DNA of 64,000 nt, taken from contig CAYXSY010000004.1 in the NCBI GenBank assembly GCA_964467905.1, forward strand, positions 1,182 through 65,181. Reading direction: 5' to 3'. The DNA is from an uncultured Planctomycetales bacterium. Lineage in GTDB: Bacteria > Omnitrophota > Gorgyraeia > Gygaellales > Profunditerraquicolaceae. A program made the position numbers and the translations under genes. Below the pieces are notes generated by a model that saw nothing but the letters and a program-made list of their open reading frames with translations, made no database searches and had not been told where the DNA came from. How positions within the stretch are numbered: the stretch's first letter is position 1; each line of letters starts with the position of its first letter. Of this stretch, positions 1-8,670 are shown piece after piece.

Positions 1-150
1 AGCCTGCAGGATATACGGTTATTTTCCAGGAAGAGGATTATGGCTTTCCCCGGACAGATCAGAAATGTTAACTCGGGCTTTGTTTATCCTGTATCATTTA
101 GCCCTAAGCTCGCCAGTCTAAAGAATTCTCTTATCAGCCGGATAAAGTAA
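1..150 (+). CDS. 3' end of an unidentified CDS running in from the window edge
   Basis: Frame 1 is open from base 1 to TAA at 148-150. The fragment is too short to recognise. The slot upstream of ybaB is often dnaX, but that is context only. Confidence 0.2.
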   Translation, partial: SLQDIRLFSRKRIMAFPGQIRNVNSGFVYPVSFSPKLASLKNSLISRIK

Positions 151-183
151 TTTGTTAATATCAATCTAAAGAAAGGATAACCT

Positions 184-480
184 ATGTTTGGCCAGATGAA
201 ACAGCTTATGGAGATGCAGAAGAAGATGCAGGAGGTAAAAAGGGAGCTTGATAATACTTGCTTTGATATTGTAAGTAGCGATGGAGTAGTGAAAATTACC
301 ATGAGCGCTTCCCAAGAGCTAAAAAATATTAATATTCAATCGGACTTTAGCAGTATTGATAAGAATGCCCTTGAGGCATCTCTTAAAGAGGCGTATAATA
401 AGGCTATAAAACGTTCCCACGAAATAGGCGCTGAAAAAATGAGGCAGGTGACAGGTTTTAATATCCCCGGGCTTACCTAG
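184..480 (+). CDS. ybaB: YbaB/EbfC family nucleoid-associated DNA-binding protein
   Basis: 98 aa. N-terminus MFGQMKQLMEMQKKMQEVKRELD and overall size and charge pattern are typical of the YbaB/EbfC family. Confidence 0.85.
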   Translation: MFGQMKQLMEMQKKMQEVKRELDNTCFDIVSSDGVVKITMSASQELKNINIQSDFSSIDKNALEASLKEAYNKAIKRSHEIGAEKMRQVTGFNIPGLT

Positions 481-489
481 TAAATTGCA

Positions 490-963
490 ATGTTGATATT
501 GTTAAATAAAATAAGCGATTTTCTAAATAAACGTGAGTTTGTCAGTGTGGCTAGCTGTAATCTGGAAGGATGTCCGAATGCGGCCCCCAAGTTTATTCTA
601 AAAGTCGAGAACGGTTTTATTTATCTTGTTGATTATACCATTGGCAGTACATACAGGAATTTAAAGATAAACCCCCGTGTTTCTATATCTTTGGTTGATG
701 CGGATTCGCTTGCTGGATACCAAGTTAACGGAGAAGCTCAGATTCTAGAATCGCCCCAAGTATACGAAGATATCATGCGTGACTTACAGCATAGAAAGAT
801 TGATCTTTCGGCCAGGCGTATTGCCGAAGGCGTATCTAGGGGTAGAAAACACCAGAACTTCGAAGTTTCCATATCCGATAAGATAGTCATTTTTAAGATA
901 AAAATTAATGAAGTTGTAGAAATAGGCCCGCGTGGAGAGATTATCAGGGAGCAGGTATGCTGA
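490..963 (+). CDS. pyridoxamine 5'-phosphate oxidase-like FMN-binding split-barrel protein
   Basis: 157 aa. The N-terminal pattern (EFVSVASCNLEGCPNAAPKF...IYLVDYTIGSTYRNLKINPRVSIS) resembles the PNPOx-like family. Confidence 0.5.
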   Translation: MLILLNKISDFLNKREFVSVASCNLEGCPNAAPKFILKVENGFIYLVDYTIGSTYRNLKINPRVSISLVDADSLAGYQVNGEAQILESPQVYEDIMRDLQHRKIDLSARRIAEGVSRGRKHQNFEVSISDKIVIFKIKINEVVEIGPRGEIIREQVC

Positions 964-1988
964 ATATTAAAGGATTGGCTACCGGTATAGGGAGTCTGCC
1001 TTATAGAAATGCTGAAGAAGCAAGCGAGATAGTATTTAAATATCTTCCTCAGATACCTTTTTGGCCGCAGTTGCCGAAGAGAAGCCTGCGCGAAGGAATG
1101 GTTGCGCAGTTCGGCGAGAATCTTCCTTGTCTTGAGGTTACTGACGACGGCCTGCTTTACAGAGCGCAGAATAAAGAAGACCAGCTTGAGAGATTTTATG
1201 CCAAGATTATCGAGCAGGATCTGGCTTACTTTAATATAAGTCCCAATTGCTCCGAGGGTATATATTCTTTTCATAACAGCCTGCGTAACAGGGATATCAA
1301 TGAAGTAAGTTTTATTAAATGTCACATAACCGGGCCTTTTACTTTTGCTGCCAGCGTAAAAGACGAAAAGGGGGCAATGCTTTTGCACGATGAGATATTT
1401 CTACAGGCATTTACCAAAGCCCTGGCAATGAAGGCGCTCTGGCAAGCAAACCTTTTTAAAGAATTCAATAAAGATATAATTATTTTTATTGATGAGCCTT
1501 ATCTGGGGTGCTTTGGTTCTGCCTATGCCCCTATTACCAGAGATAAGGTTGTTTCTTGCCTGCGTGAGTTGACCGAAGGCATTAAGTCCAAAAACATTTT
1601 TATAGGCATACATTGTTGTGGCAATACGGATTGGTCGATATTTACCGATGTCCCGGCAATAGACATTATTAATTTCGATGCTTTCGGTTTTCTGGATAAA
1701 TTCGTGCTTTATGCTCAAGACCTAGAGCGGTTCCTGAAGCGCGGAGGTTCGATATGCTGGGGTATCGTGCCCACCCAGGAATTCACGGGTAAGGAAGATC
1801 CGCAGCAGCTTATCTTAAGGCTTAACAACGGTATAGATATCTTAAGCAAAAAAGGTCTGGATAAGGATTTAATTAAGGAAAGATTGCTTGTAAGCCCGAG
1901 TTGTGGCTTAGGTTCCCTTGATGTTGAAAAGGCAGACAGAGTTTTGAGGGTTTTGAGCAATTTATCCAGACAGCTGCAGTTACAATAG
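957..1988 (+). CDS. cobalamin-independent methionine synthase (MetE C-terminal domain)-like / URO-D-like protein
   Basis: 343 aa. Contains TGIGSLPY, IGIHCCGNTDW and SPSCGLG (Zn-ligand-like Cys) motifs typical of short MetE-like proteins. Confidence 0.55.
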   Translation: MLNIKGLATGIGSLPYRNAEEASEIVFKYLPQIPFWPQLPKRSLREGMVAQFGENLPCLEVTDDGLLYRAQNKEDQLERFYAKIIEQDLAYFNISPNCSEGIYSFHNSLRNRDINEVSFIKCHITGPFTFAASVKDEKGAMLLHDEIFLQAFTKALAMKALWQANLFKEFNKDIIIFIDEPYLGCFGSAYAPITRDKVVSCLRELTEGIKSKNIFIGIHCCGNTDWSIFTDVPAIDIINFDAFGFLDKFVLYAQDLERFLKRGGSICWGIVPTQEFTGKEDPQQLILRLNNGIDILSKKGLDKDLIKERLLVSPSCGLGSLDVEKADRVLRVLSNLSRQLQLQ

Positions 1989-2049
1989 GTAGCCTGCTAA
2001 CTTAGTTTTCATCTTGCCGGATAGCTCCAGTAGTGCTTAAAAAATTAGT

Positions 2050-2078
2050 TTGACAAATCAATTAAAAGGATATATTAT
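2050..2078 (+). promoter_or_regulatory. sigma70-type promoter for the por operon
   Basis: TTGACA (2050-2055), 17-nt spacer, TATTAT (2073-2078), about 50 nt upstream of the porG start. Confidence 0.5.
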
Positions 2079-2126
2079 AGATAAACCTTTTTGGTTTACC
2101 TTTCTTTTCGAGGAGAAAATAACTAC

Positions 2127-2675
2127 ATGAAAGAAATACGAATACATGCCCGTGCAGGCCAAGGGGCAATAACTACAGCTTCGCTTTTAGGATACGTTTA
2201 CTTCTTAAAAGGTATGTATCCTTATGCCTTCCCGCATTTTGGAGCGGCAAGAATGGGTGCCCCTATGAATGCTTTCGTGAGGGTCGATTCTAACCCCGTA
2301 AGGCTGCGTAGCCAAATATACGAGCCGGATTATGTTATTATAGTTGATGCCACCTTAATGCGCGGTTTCAACTGTTTTTCAGGGCTAAAGGACAAAGGTA
2401 TTGCGATTATAAATGAGCGCGAGGGGGTAGAGATTCCCAAGGTCAAGGCAAGCCAGAAGGTCTATAGCCTGCCTGCTAACGATATCGCCTTAAAGACCAT
2501 AGGCAGGCCGTTGGGTAATACCGCTTTATTAGGCGCCTTTGCTGCTGCTACAGGTGATTTCGAATTAGATGTGTTGCTTGAGGCGATCAAGAAGAGGTTT
2601 GCCGGCAAGGCTCTTGAGGGTAATCTTGAGGCAGCAAAACAGGGTTTTGAGTTTGTTAAGAAAGCTTTAAAATAG
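2127..2675 (+). CDS. porG: pyruvate/2-oxoacid:ferredoxin oxidoreductase gamma subunit
   Basis: MKEIRIHARAGQGAITTA... is a typical POR gamma N-terminus. ATG at 2127 follows a GGAG RBS. The upstream start at 2091 in the track lacks support. Confidence 0.85.
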   Translation: MKEIRIHARAGQGAITTASLLGYVYFLKGMYPYAFPHFGAARMGAPMNAFVRVDSNPVRLRSQIYEPDYVIIVDATLMRGFNCFSGLKDKGIAIINEREGVEIPKVKASQKVYSLPANDIALKTIGRPLGNTALLGAFAAATGDFELDVLLEAIKKRFAGKALEGNLEAAKQGFEFVKKALK

Positions 2676-2687
2676 GGAGAAAAATAG

Positions 2688-2951
2688 ATGTTCGGTCCGC
2701 TCACGGTAAAATCAGGGGCAAGTAGGAATAATAAAACCGGCTCTTGGCGCGTAGAGTCAAAGCCTAAATTCCTTCAGAAAAATTGTATTGCTTGTAAAAT
2801 GTGTGTATTTATTTGTCCCGAAGGATGTATAGAAGGCGAAGGCAAAAACACTTTTCATTGTGATTTTTTGTACTGTAAGGGGTGTGGCAATTGTGCTGCA
2901 ATATGCCCTAAACAGGATATTGAAATGGTTAAAGAGGATACTAAGGAATAA
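2688..2951 (+). CDS. porD: pyruvate:ferredoxin oxidoreductase delta subunit (2x[4Fe-4S] ferredoxin-like)
   Basis: 87 aa with CIACKMCVFICP and CKGCGNCAAICP cluster motifs. Lies between the gamma and alpha subunit genes. Confidence 0.85.
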   Translation: MFGPLTVKSGASRNNKTGSWRVESKPKFLQKNCIACKMCVFICPEGCIEGEGKNTFHCDFLYCKGCGNCAAICPKQDIEMVKEDTKE

Positions 2952-2953
2952 AA

Positions 2954-4135
2954 ATGCGTGAATTTGTAGAAGGTTCACATGCTGTTGCCGAAATAGTCAA
3001 ATTATGTAAACCTGGTGTTATCTCTGCCTACCCGATAACTCCCCAGACGCATATAGTTGAAGATTTGGCTAAGATGGTGGCAGATGGCGAGCTCAATTCG
3101 CAATTCGTTAATGTGGAGTCTGAGCATTCAGCTGCTTCGGTTGTCTTAGGCGGGGTTGCGGCAGGGGTAAGGTCTTACACCGCAAGCAGCTCTCAAGGAC
3201 TTCTTTATATGGGAGAGGTGATTTTTAATATTGCAGGCTTGAGATTACCTTTGGTTTTAACATGTGCTAACCGCGCTGTGTCAGCCCCGATAAATATATG
3301 GAATGACCAACAGGATTCCATTTCTTTGAGAGATGCCGGTTGGATTCAATTGTATGCGGAAGATATACAGGAAGCGGTTGATTTGCACGTTATCGGCTAT
3401 CGTTTAAGCGAAGACAAGACGATTATGCTGCCGGTTATGGTATGTATGGATGGCTTTATACTGACGCACGGGATTGAAACTGTAGATATTCCTTCGCAGG
3501 TGCAGGTAGATAAGTTTTTACCTGCCTATCAGCCCTTGTATAAGCTTGATACTGAACATCCTATGACCATCGGTCCTTTGGTTGATCCCGATGCCTACCT
3601 TGAAACGCGTTACGCAATCGAAGAAACACATAAAGACGTGCTTAAACTTCTGCCGAAAATTACTGCGGAATTTGCTAAAGTATTCGGCCGTACTTATAAT
3701 GGTCTTGTAGAAGAATATAAGGTTAAGGATGCTGAAAAAGTTATAGTTGCTATGGGTTCTGTGTGCGGGACGATAAAGGAAGTAATTGATGAGATGCGCG
3801 CTAAAGGCAAGAAGGTTGGGCTGCTTAAAATAACTTCTTACAGGCCGTTTCCTGCACAAGAGATCTACGAAGCCCTTAAAGGCGTCTCCAAAGTTGCAGT
3901 ATTGGATAAGTCAGTTTCTCTGGGGTCTATTCCTCCTGTAGCCAGCGAGGTAAAGGCGGCTTTCTGCGGCAAGAAAAAGAAACCACAGGTTATTAGCAGT
4001 TTTGTGGCTGGCTTAGGCGGTAGGGATATAACCAAGGATTCTGTTAAGGAGATCTATCGTCTTTTAACTGCCAAAGAAGTGACTGGCGAATTTATAGATT
4101 TGAAACCTGAGCTTCTCAAGGAGAAATATGAATAA
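2954..4135 (+). CDS. porA: pyruvate:ferredoxin oxidoreductase alpha subunit
   Basis: 393 aa. N-terminus EGSHAVAEIVKLCKPGVISAYPITPQT is characteristic of POR/VOR alpha. Confidence 0.9.
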   Translation: MREFVEGSHAVAEIVKLCKPGVISAYPITPQTHIVEDLAKMVADGELNSQFVNVESEHSAASVVLGGVAAGVRSYTASSSQGLLYMGEVIFNIAGLRLPLVLTCANRAVSAPINIWNDQQDSISLRDAGWIQLYAEDIQEAVDLHVIGYRLSEDKTIMLPVMVCMDGFILTHGIETVDIPSQVQVDKFLPAYQPLYKLDTEHPMTIGPLVDPDAYLETRYAIEETHKDVLKLLPKITAEFAKVFGRTYNGLVEEYKVKDAEKVIVAMGSVCGTIKEVIDEMRAKGKKVGLLKITSYRPFPAQEIYEALKGVSKVAVLDKSVSLGSIPPVASEVKAAFCGKKKKPQVISSFVAGLGGRDITKDSVKEIYRLLTAKEVTGEFIDLKPELLKEKYE

Positions 4136-5009
4136 GAATCTTTTTACTACCGGACATACGGCATGCGCGGGTTGCGGACAGGCAATCGGTGCGCGTTTGG
4201 TTATTGAGGCTGCCGGACCGAATACTATAGTAGTAAACAACACGGGGTGCTTGGAGGTTTTCTCCACAAAATTCCCTGAATCAGCCTGGGAAATTCCTTG
4301 GATACATTCCCTGTTTGAGAATGCTGCTGCCGTAGCTTCAGGAGTTGAATCTGCTTTGAAATATTTAGGCAAGAAGGAATCAACAAATGTTATAGCTCAA
4401 GGCGGAGACGGAAGTACCGCCGATATAGGCTTACAGGCCCTATCCGGGATGTTGGAGAGAGGGCATGATATTTTATATGTCTGTTATGACAATGAAGCAT
4501 ATATGAACACAGGTATACAGCGCAGCGGCCTGACGCCATTTGACACCAACACTACCACTAGCCCCGCGGGAGCGCAATCCTCAGGTAATGTTCGCCCCAA
4601 GAAGCCTTTACCCGAGATAGCTTTAGCTCACGGGATACCTTATGTAGCTACTTGTTCTGTAGGTTATCCTCAGGATTTGCAACGCAAAGTAAAAAAAGCG
4701 CTTTCTATTAAGGGCCCAAAATATATACAAGTACATGTCCCGTGTCCTTTAGGCTGGAGGCATGAGACTAATCTCACTTTTGAAATAGCCAAGCTTGCGG
4801 TAGAAACTGGTCTTTATCCTATAATAGAGTATGAAAACGGCGCATTAATTTCCCGGCGGCAGATTAAACCTAAACCTGTTGAGGAATATTTGAAAACTCA
4901 AGGGAGGTTTAAGCATCTGCTAAAAAATCCTGATGAAATACGCAAAATTCAGGCAATTGCCGATAGCAATATAAATAAGTATAATCTGAAAGTTGAGAGT
5001 AGCGCTTAG
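4128..5009 (+). CDS. porB: pyruvate:ferredoxin oxidoreductase beta subunit (TPP-binding)
   Basis: 293 aa. Has a CAGCG motif and the GDG...YDNEAYMNTG TPP-binding signature. Overlaps the porA stop. Confidence 0.9.
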   Translation: MNKNLFTTGHTACAGCGQAIGARLVIEAAGPNTIVVNNTGCLEVFSTKFPESAWEIPWIHSLFENAAAVASGVESALKYLGKKESTNVIAQGGDGSTADIGLQALSGMLERGHDILYVCYDNEAYMNTGIQRSGLTPFDTNTTTSPAGAQSSGNVRPKKPLPEIALAHGIPYVATCSVGYPQDLQRKVKKALSIKGPKYIQVHVPCPLGWRHETNLTFEIAKLAVETGLYPIIEYENGALISRRQIKPKPVEEYLKTQGRFKHLLKNPDEIRKIQAIADSNINKYNLKVESSA

Positions 5010-5023
5010 AGAGGGAGGTAGTT

Positions 5024-5503
5024 ATGGGAAAACAGGCCAGGGCAATCGCTGAATTAAGCCTTAAGGATTTAGTAAAAGATTTAAATAAAGCTTATGCCGA
5101 TGAATGGTTGGCATTTTATCTTTATTGGTATATGGCCCAGACAGTATCGGGTAAGGCCTATGAAGATATGAAAGAGATGTTAGAGAAAATAGCCAAGGAT
5201 GAGCTTGAACATGCTGAAGAGTTGGCTGATTTGATAACTAAACTTGGAGATGTCCCGCCGTCAAATCCGATGGACTTAGAGAAGAATGCCAATGCTCCGT
5301 ATATAATGCCTCCTAAGAATACCGCCGATATTAACCGTATAATCCGTATTGTAACCGAAGCCGAAGCCAGCGCTATCGAAGTTTATCATAAGATTGCCAA
5401 GAAAACAGCTGGTAAGGACCACGTAACATATCAGCTGGTAACGCATATACTCTCCGAAGAGGTAACTCACGAAGAGATGTTTGAGAATTTGTTGGAAAGA
5501 TAA
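5024..5503 (+). CDS. ferritin-like di-iron protein (Dps-like/bacterioferritin-like)
   Basis: 159 aa. Paired ExxH motifs (DELEHAEE, EEVTHEEM) in a four-helix-bundle-sized protein. Confidence 0.6.
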   Translation: MGKQARAIAELSLKDLVKDLNKAYADEWLAFYLYWYMAQTVSGKAYEDMKEMLEKIAKDELEHAEELADLITKLGDVPPSNPMDLEKNANAPYIMPPKNTADINRIIRIVTEAEASAIEVYHKIAKKTAGKDHVTYQLVTHILSEEVTHEEMFENLLER

Positions 5504-5538
5504 TAATACAATATTAATATATTAAAGGAGAAATTGAT

Positions 5539-5724
5539 ATGGCAAAGGTGACAGTAGATGCTTCTACGTGCGTAGGATGTGCTTTGTGTGAACAATCATG
5601 CCCTGAGGTTTTTGAGGTGCGCGGTGACGGGATAGCCCATGTTAAAGTTAGCGTATGCTCAACATGTAATCTTCAGGAAATTGCCGATCAGTGTCCGGTA
5701 AACGCCATTAAGGTAAGCGAGTAA
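5539..5724 (+). CDS. small [4Fe-4S] ferredoxin
   Basis: 61 aa. CVGCALCEQSCP plus a distal CP motif, as in single-cluster ferredoxins. Confidence 0.8.
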   Translation: MAKVTVDASTCVGCALCEQSCPEVFEVRGDGIAHVKVSVCSTCNLQEIADQCPVNAIKVSE

Positions 5725-5726
5725 TT

Positions 5727-7163
5727 TTAGTAAATTTGCGCTTTTTTCTTCGCTTCCTCTAAGAACTTCAAGAAAGCTTCCTGTTTTTTCTGGTTTAACA
5801 ATTGTTCTGAGAAGGCCGCTTTTTCTTCTTTAAACTTTGTCTCGTCAAGTTTAGAGCGGGATTTTATTTTTATGATATAAAAACCCGAAGACATGCCGAT
5901 AATCTTGCTTGGCTGGTTGTCCTCGAGAGCGTCGGCAACATCCCAGAAACTATCAGAAGAACCTATCCCTTCAATATAACTGCCGTATTTAAACGGTGTG
6001 GTTTCCGCATATTTTAAACCTAACCCCTTAGCAATTTTGCTTAAGTCCAGAGACTTAGGGTTGGTTTTGTATTCCGTCTCCACCTGTGCTAAAGCTTCTT
6101 TTATTTTTCCCTCAGCTATATTTTGGGATTCTTCCTTAATCAGCCGGTCTCTTACTTTATCTTTTATCTCCTCAAAATCCGGGACGTATGATTCTTTCCT
6201 TTCTTTTATCCTGAATATATAGTAGTTGGATTCTATGCTGAATACCTGTGTGTAGTCGTTAGTTTTTAGCCTGCTTATTAGTTCGAGCAACTCTTTAGGC
6301 CAACCTATGCCCGGTATCGGACCTGTCTGCGGGAAGAGCCCGGTTTCTTTGACTTCTAATTTTAAGTCTTTAGCTACTTTATTTAAATCTTCTTTTGCTT
6401 TTATGCGCGGCATGATACCGTTTATTTTTTCTTCCACGGCAGTTTTAGTGTCGGCAGTAAAAGGCAGGATAATATACTCCAGGTTGAAAGAAAGAGGCTG
6501 TTTGAATTCCAGTTTATTCTTATCATAATAGCTCTTTAGTTCATCCTGATTGGGCTGGATATACTTTGTAAATTCCTGAGGCGCAGAGCAGATGTAGTAG
6601 ACGCTTATTTCCTGATTTGTTTTTATATAAGCGTTCTTTATTTCTTCTTCGGTAAGCTTTACCGGCTGCGTTATCTCATCGTAGAGCCTGGCTATCATTA
6701 TGTTCTGTCTGGTTTCTTCTTCAAAGGCCCTGGCCGGCGTGTGAAAATAGTATTGCAGCATCTGTTTATAAAGGGCCTTATCAAAAACACCTTTTTTCTG
6801 GAAGAACGGGTAACTTTTAATCAGCTTTATGACATCCTGGTCGTTCGCGCGTATTTTTCTTTTCGCGGCTTCATGGAGCAAAATAAGCCTGTCCCAGGTT
6901 TGCGATTCCATATTCATATATTTCTGCATTTGGGAGAACATCTCTCCGAACTGGATTACCGCCTGGTTGCGTGTTGCTATCAGGGCGTCTTCGTATTCTT
7001 GGAATGAAACCGGCTTGCCGTATAGCTTGCCGGCGATATTGGCTTTTTTGCTTCCTTTCCCTATGCCGCCAGCCCCCCAGAATATAAACAGAGGTACTAC
7101 AATCAACGCTAAGCCAATCCATATTTTCTTGGAAGTCTTCTTATCTCTTAGTTGTTTAAGCAT
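5727..7163 (-). CDS. PpiD/SurA-like periplasmic chaperone (peptidyl-prolyl isomerase D family)
   Basis: 478 aa. N-terminal membrane anchor (KIWIGLALIVVPLFIFWG), then a SurA-N-like region and a parvulin-like segment. The architecture is typical of PpiD. Confidence 0.7.
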   Translation of the reverse strand: MLKQLRDKKTSKKIWIGLALIVVPLFIFWGAGGIGKGSKKANIAGKLYGKPVSFQEYEDALIATRNQAVIQFGEMFSQMQKYMNMESQTWDRLILLHEAAKRKIRANDQDVIKLIKSYPFFQKKGVFDKALYKQMLQYYFHTPARAFEEETRQNIMIARLYDEITQPVKLTEEEIKNAYIKTNQEISVYYICSAPQEFTKYIQPNQDELKSYYDKNKLEFKQPLSFNLEYIILPFTADTKTAVEEKINGIMPRIKAKEDLNKVAKDLKLEVKETGLFPQTGPIPGIGWPKELLELISRLKTNDYTQVFSIESNYYIFRIKERKESYVPDFEEIKDKVRDRLIKEESQNIAEGKIKEALAQVETEYKTNPKSLDLSKIAKGLGLKYAETTPFKYGSYIEGIGSSDSFWDVADALEDNQPSKIIGMSSGFYIIKIKSRSKLDETKFKEEKAAFSEQLLNQKKQEAFLKFLEEAKKKAQIY

Positions 7164-7323
7164 GCCAACTCCTTTATTAATGTTTATTTAGTTTTACACA
7201 GCCGCGGTATTGATAAAATACCCCGCAGAGTTTAATTATAGACAAAATTAGGGATATTGCAATTAAATAGTTATTATACTATTTTATTGGTTTTATATAA
7301 ATTTTAATAGTATAATTGGGCCT

Positions 7324-7929
7324 ATGAAGGATCTGGAGCTCATCCAAAAGTGCGTTGCTGCTGATCCTGCGGCGTGGCACCTCTTCATAAACGAATACTC
7401 TCGTCTTATCTATACTTATATACGTTGTGTTTTGAGGGTAGGCGGACCCACTGCTTCCAAATATTCCTGCGAGGATATCTTTCAGGATTTCTTTGTCCAT
7501 TTACGCTCAGAAGATTTTAAAAGGCTCAAATCTTACAAAGCTAAGAATTCCTGCAGTCTTAGCACTTGGTTGAGGCAGGTAGCGATTAATTTTACCGTTG
7601 ATTATCTACGCAGGCACAAGCCCATGCTATCACTGGATGATAATATAAATGAAGATACTACTTTCGCGGATATCCTCATCGATGGTTCTCCTTTGGCAAG
7701 GCAGGTTTTAATGGATAAAGAGAAGGCAGGGTTATTAAAAGAGTGCATAAAACAGCTTGCCAATAGCGATAAATATTTCTTAGAGCTTTACCTTAACCGT
7801 AATTTAAGCCTGGAGAAAATAAAAGATTTGCTGCGTATTGCACGCGCAGCTGTAGATATGCGCAAGATGCGTATCTTAGAGCGCTTGCGCCGCTGTTTTA
7901 AAAGTAAAGGTTTTATGTTAGATTTATAG
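7324..7929 (+). CDS. ECF-type RNA polymerase sigma-70 family factor
   Basis: 201 aa. Region 2-like FINEYSRLIYTYIR...FQDFFVHL and a region 4 HTH (LSLEKIKDLLRIARAAVDMRKMRILERLR). Confidence 0.85.
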   Translation: MKDLELIQKCVAADPAAWHLFINEYSRLIYTYIRCVLRVGGPTASKYSCEDIFQDFFVHLRSEDFKRLKSYKAKNSCSLSTWLRQVAINFTVDYLRRHKPMLSLDDNINEDTTFADILIDGSPLARQVLMDKEKAGLLKECIKQLANSDKYFLELYLNRNLSLEKIKDLLRIARAAVDMRKMRILERLRRCFKSKGFMLDL

Positions 7930-7965
7930 TTTCTCTTGCGTCTAATATATTAGGAGGAGAGTTTT

Positions 7966-8670
7966 ATGCAAGGCAAGTTCGAGTCTTTTGTCAGGGCGTT
8001 GTATTTGTCCTGGAAAAAGGACAAGGGGCGGGATCTAGATGCACACCCTGACGCGGAGGAAATTTTATCTTTTACCGAAGGTAAGCTTGGGTCTAGGGAA
8101 TCATCTAGAATACAGGAACACCTAATACACTGTGATGCCTGTATGGAAAAACTTTGCATTTCTTTTGAGCTGGGGCAAGTCGAGAGTTTTGAAGATGTTC
8201 CTGAGGGGGCACTAGAAAAGGCTAAGCTGCTTTCTGATTCGTCATTTAATGCCTCAGTATTAGATATATGTCTGCAGCTTAAGAATGGACTATTGGAGAT
8301 TATAAGGGCGACAGGAAATGTACTTATCGGGCAGGAGCTGATACCCGCACCTGTTTTACGCAGTCGTTCGTTAAAAGAATTCAAGGATAACATAACGATC
8401 TTGAAGGATTTCGATAGTGTAAGGATAAAAACAAAAATAGAAAACAGGGGCGGCAGCGGGTTATCCCTGTATGTCTATATAAGCTACAAGGACCTGCAGA
8501 AAACGCCGGATAATATAAGAGCGAGTTTATTCAAGGGCGATTTAGAGGTTGAGTCTTATGTTGCCAAAGATTCAGTTGTTTTTGAGCATATTTTGCCCGG
8601 CTGCTATAGGATAATTATTTCCGATGGTTCAAGCGAATTGGCCGTTGTGTCTTTGGAAATAAAGGTTTGA
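7966..8670 (+). CDS. putative anti-sigma factor, zf-HC2 type, with no predicted TM helix
   Basis: HLIHCDAC matches the H-x3-C-x2-C anti-sigma zinc-finger motif. Lies directly downstream of the ECF sigma gene. I see no hydrophobic stretch long enough for a TM segment. Confidence 0.6.
   Translation: MQGKFESFVRALYLSWKKDKGRDLDAHPDAEEILSFTEGKLGSRESSRIQEHLIHCDACMEKLCISFELGQVESFEDVPEGALEKAKLLSDSSFNASVLDICLQLKNGLLEIIRATGNVLIGQELIPAPVLRSRSLKEFKDNITILKDFDSVRIKTKIENRGGSGLSLYVYISYKDLQKTPDNIRASLFKGDLEVESYVAKDSVVFEHILPGCYRIIISDGSSELAVVSLEIKV

Noticed and set aside
738-1388. 216-aa minus-strand ORF
   Set aside because: It lies antisense to two well-supported plus-strand genes, has low-complexity composition unlike real proteins, and no RBS context. 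It is a shadow ORF.
2091-2126. Upstream alternative starts given in the ORF track (2091, 12706, 16012, 19895, 36668, 46414, 49105, 53606, 53775, 59635)
   Set aside because: In each case a downstream ATG has a better RBS and gives the conserved N-terminus. The extensions overlap terminators, CIRCE operators or upstream genes. 16012 (TTG) stays a formal alternative because of the G10 tract.
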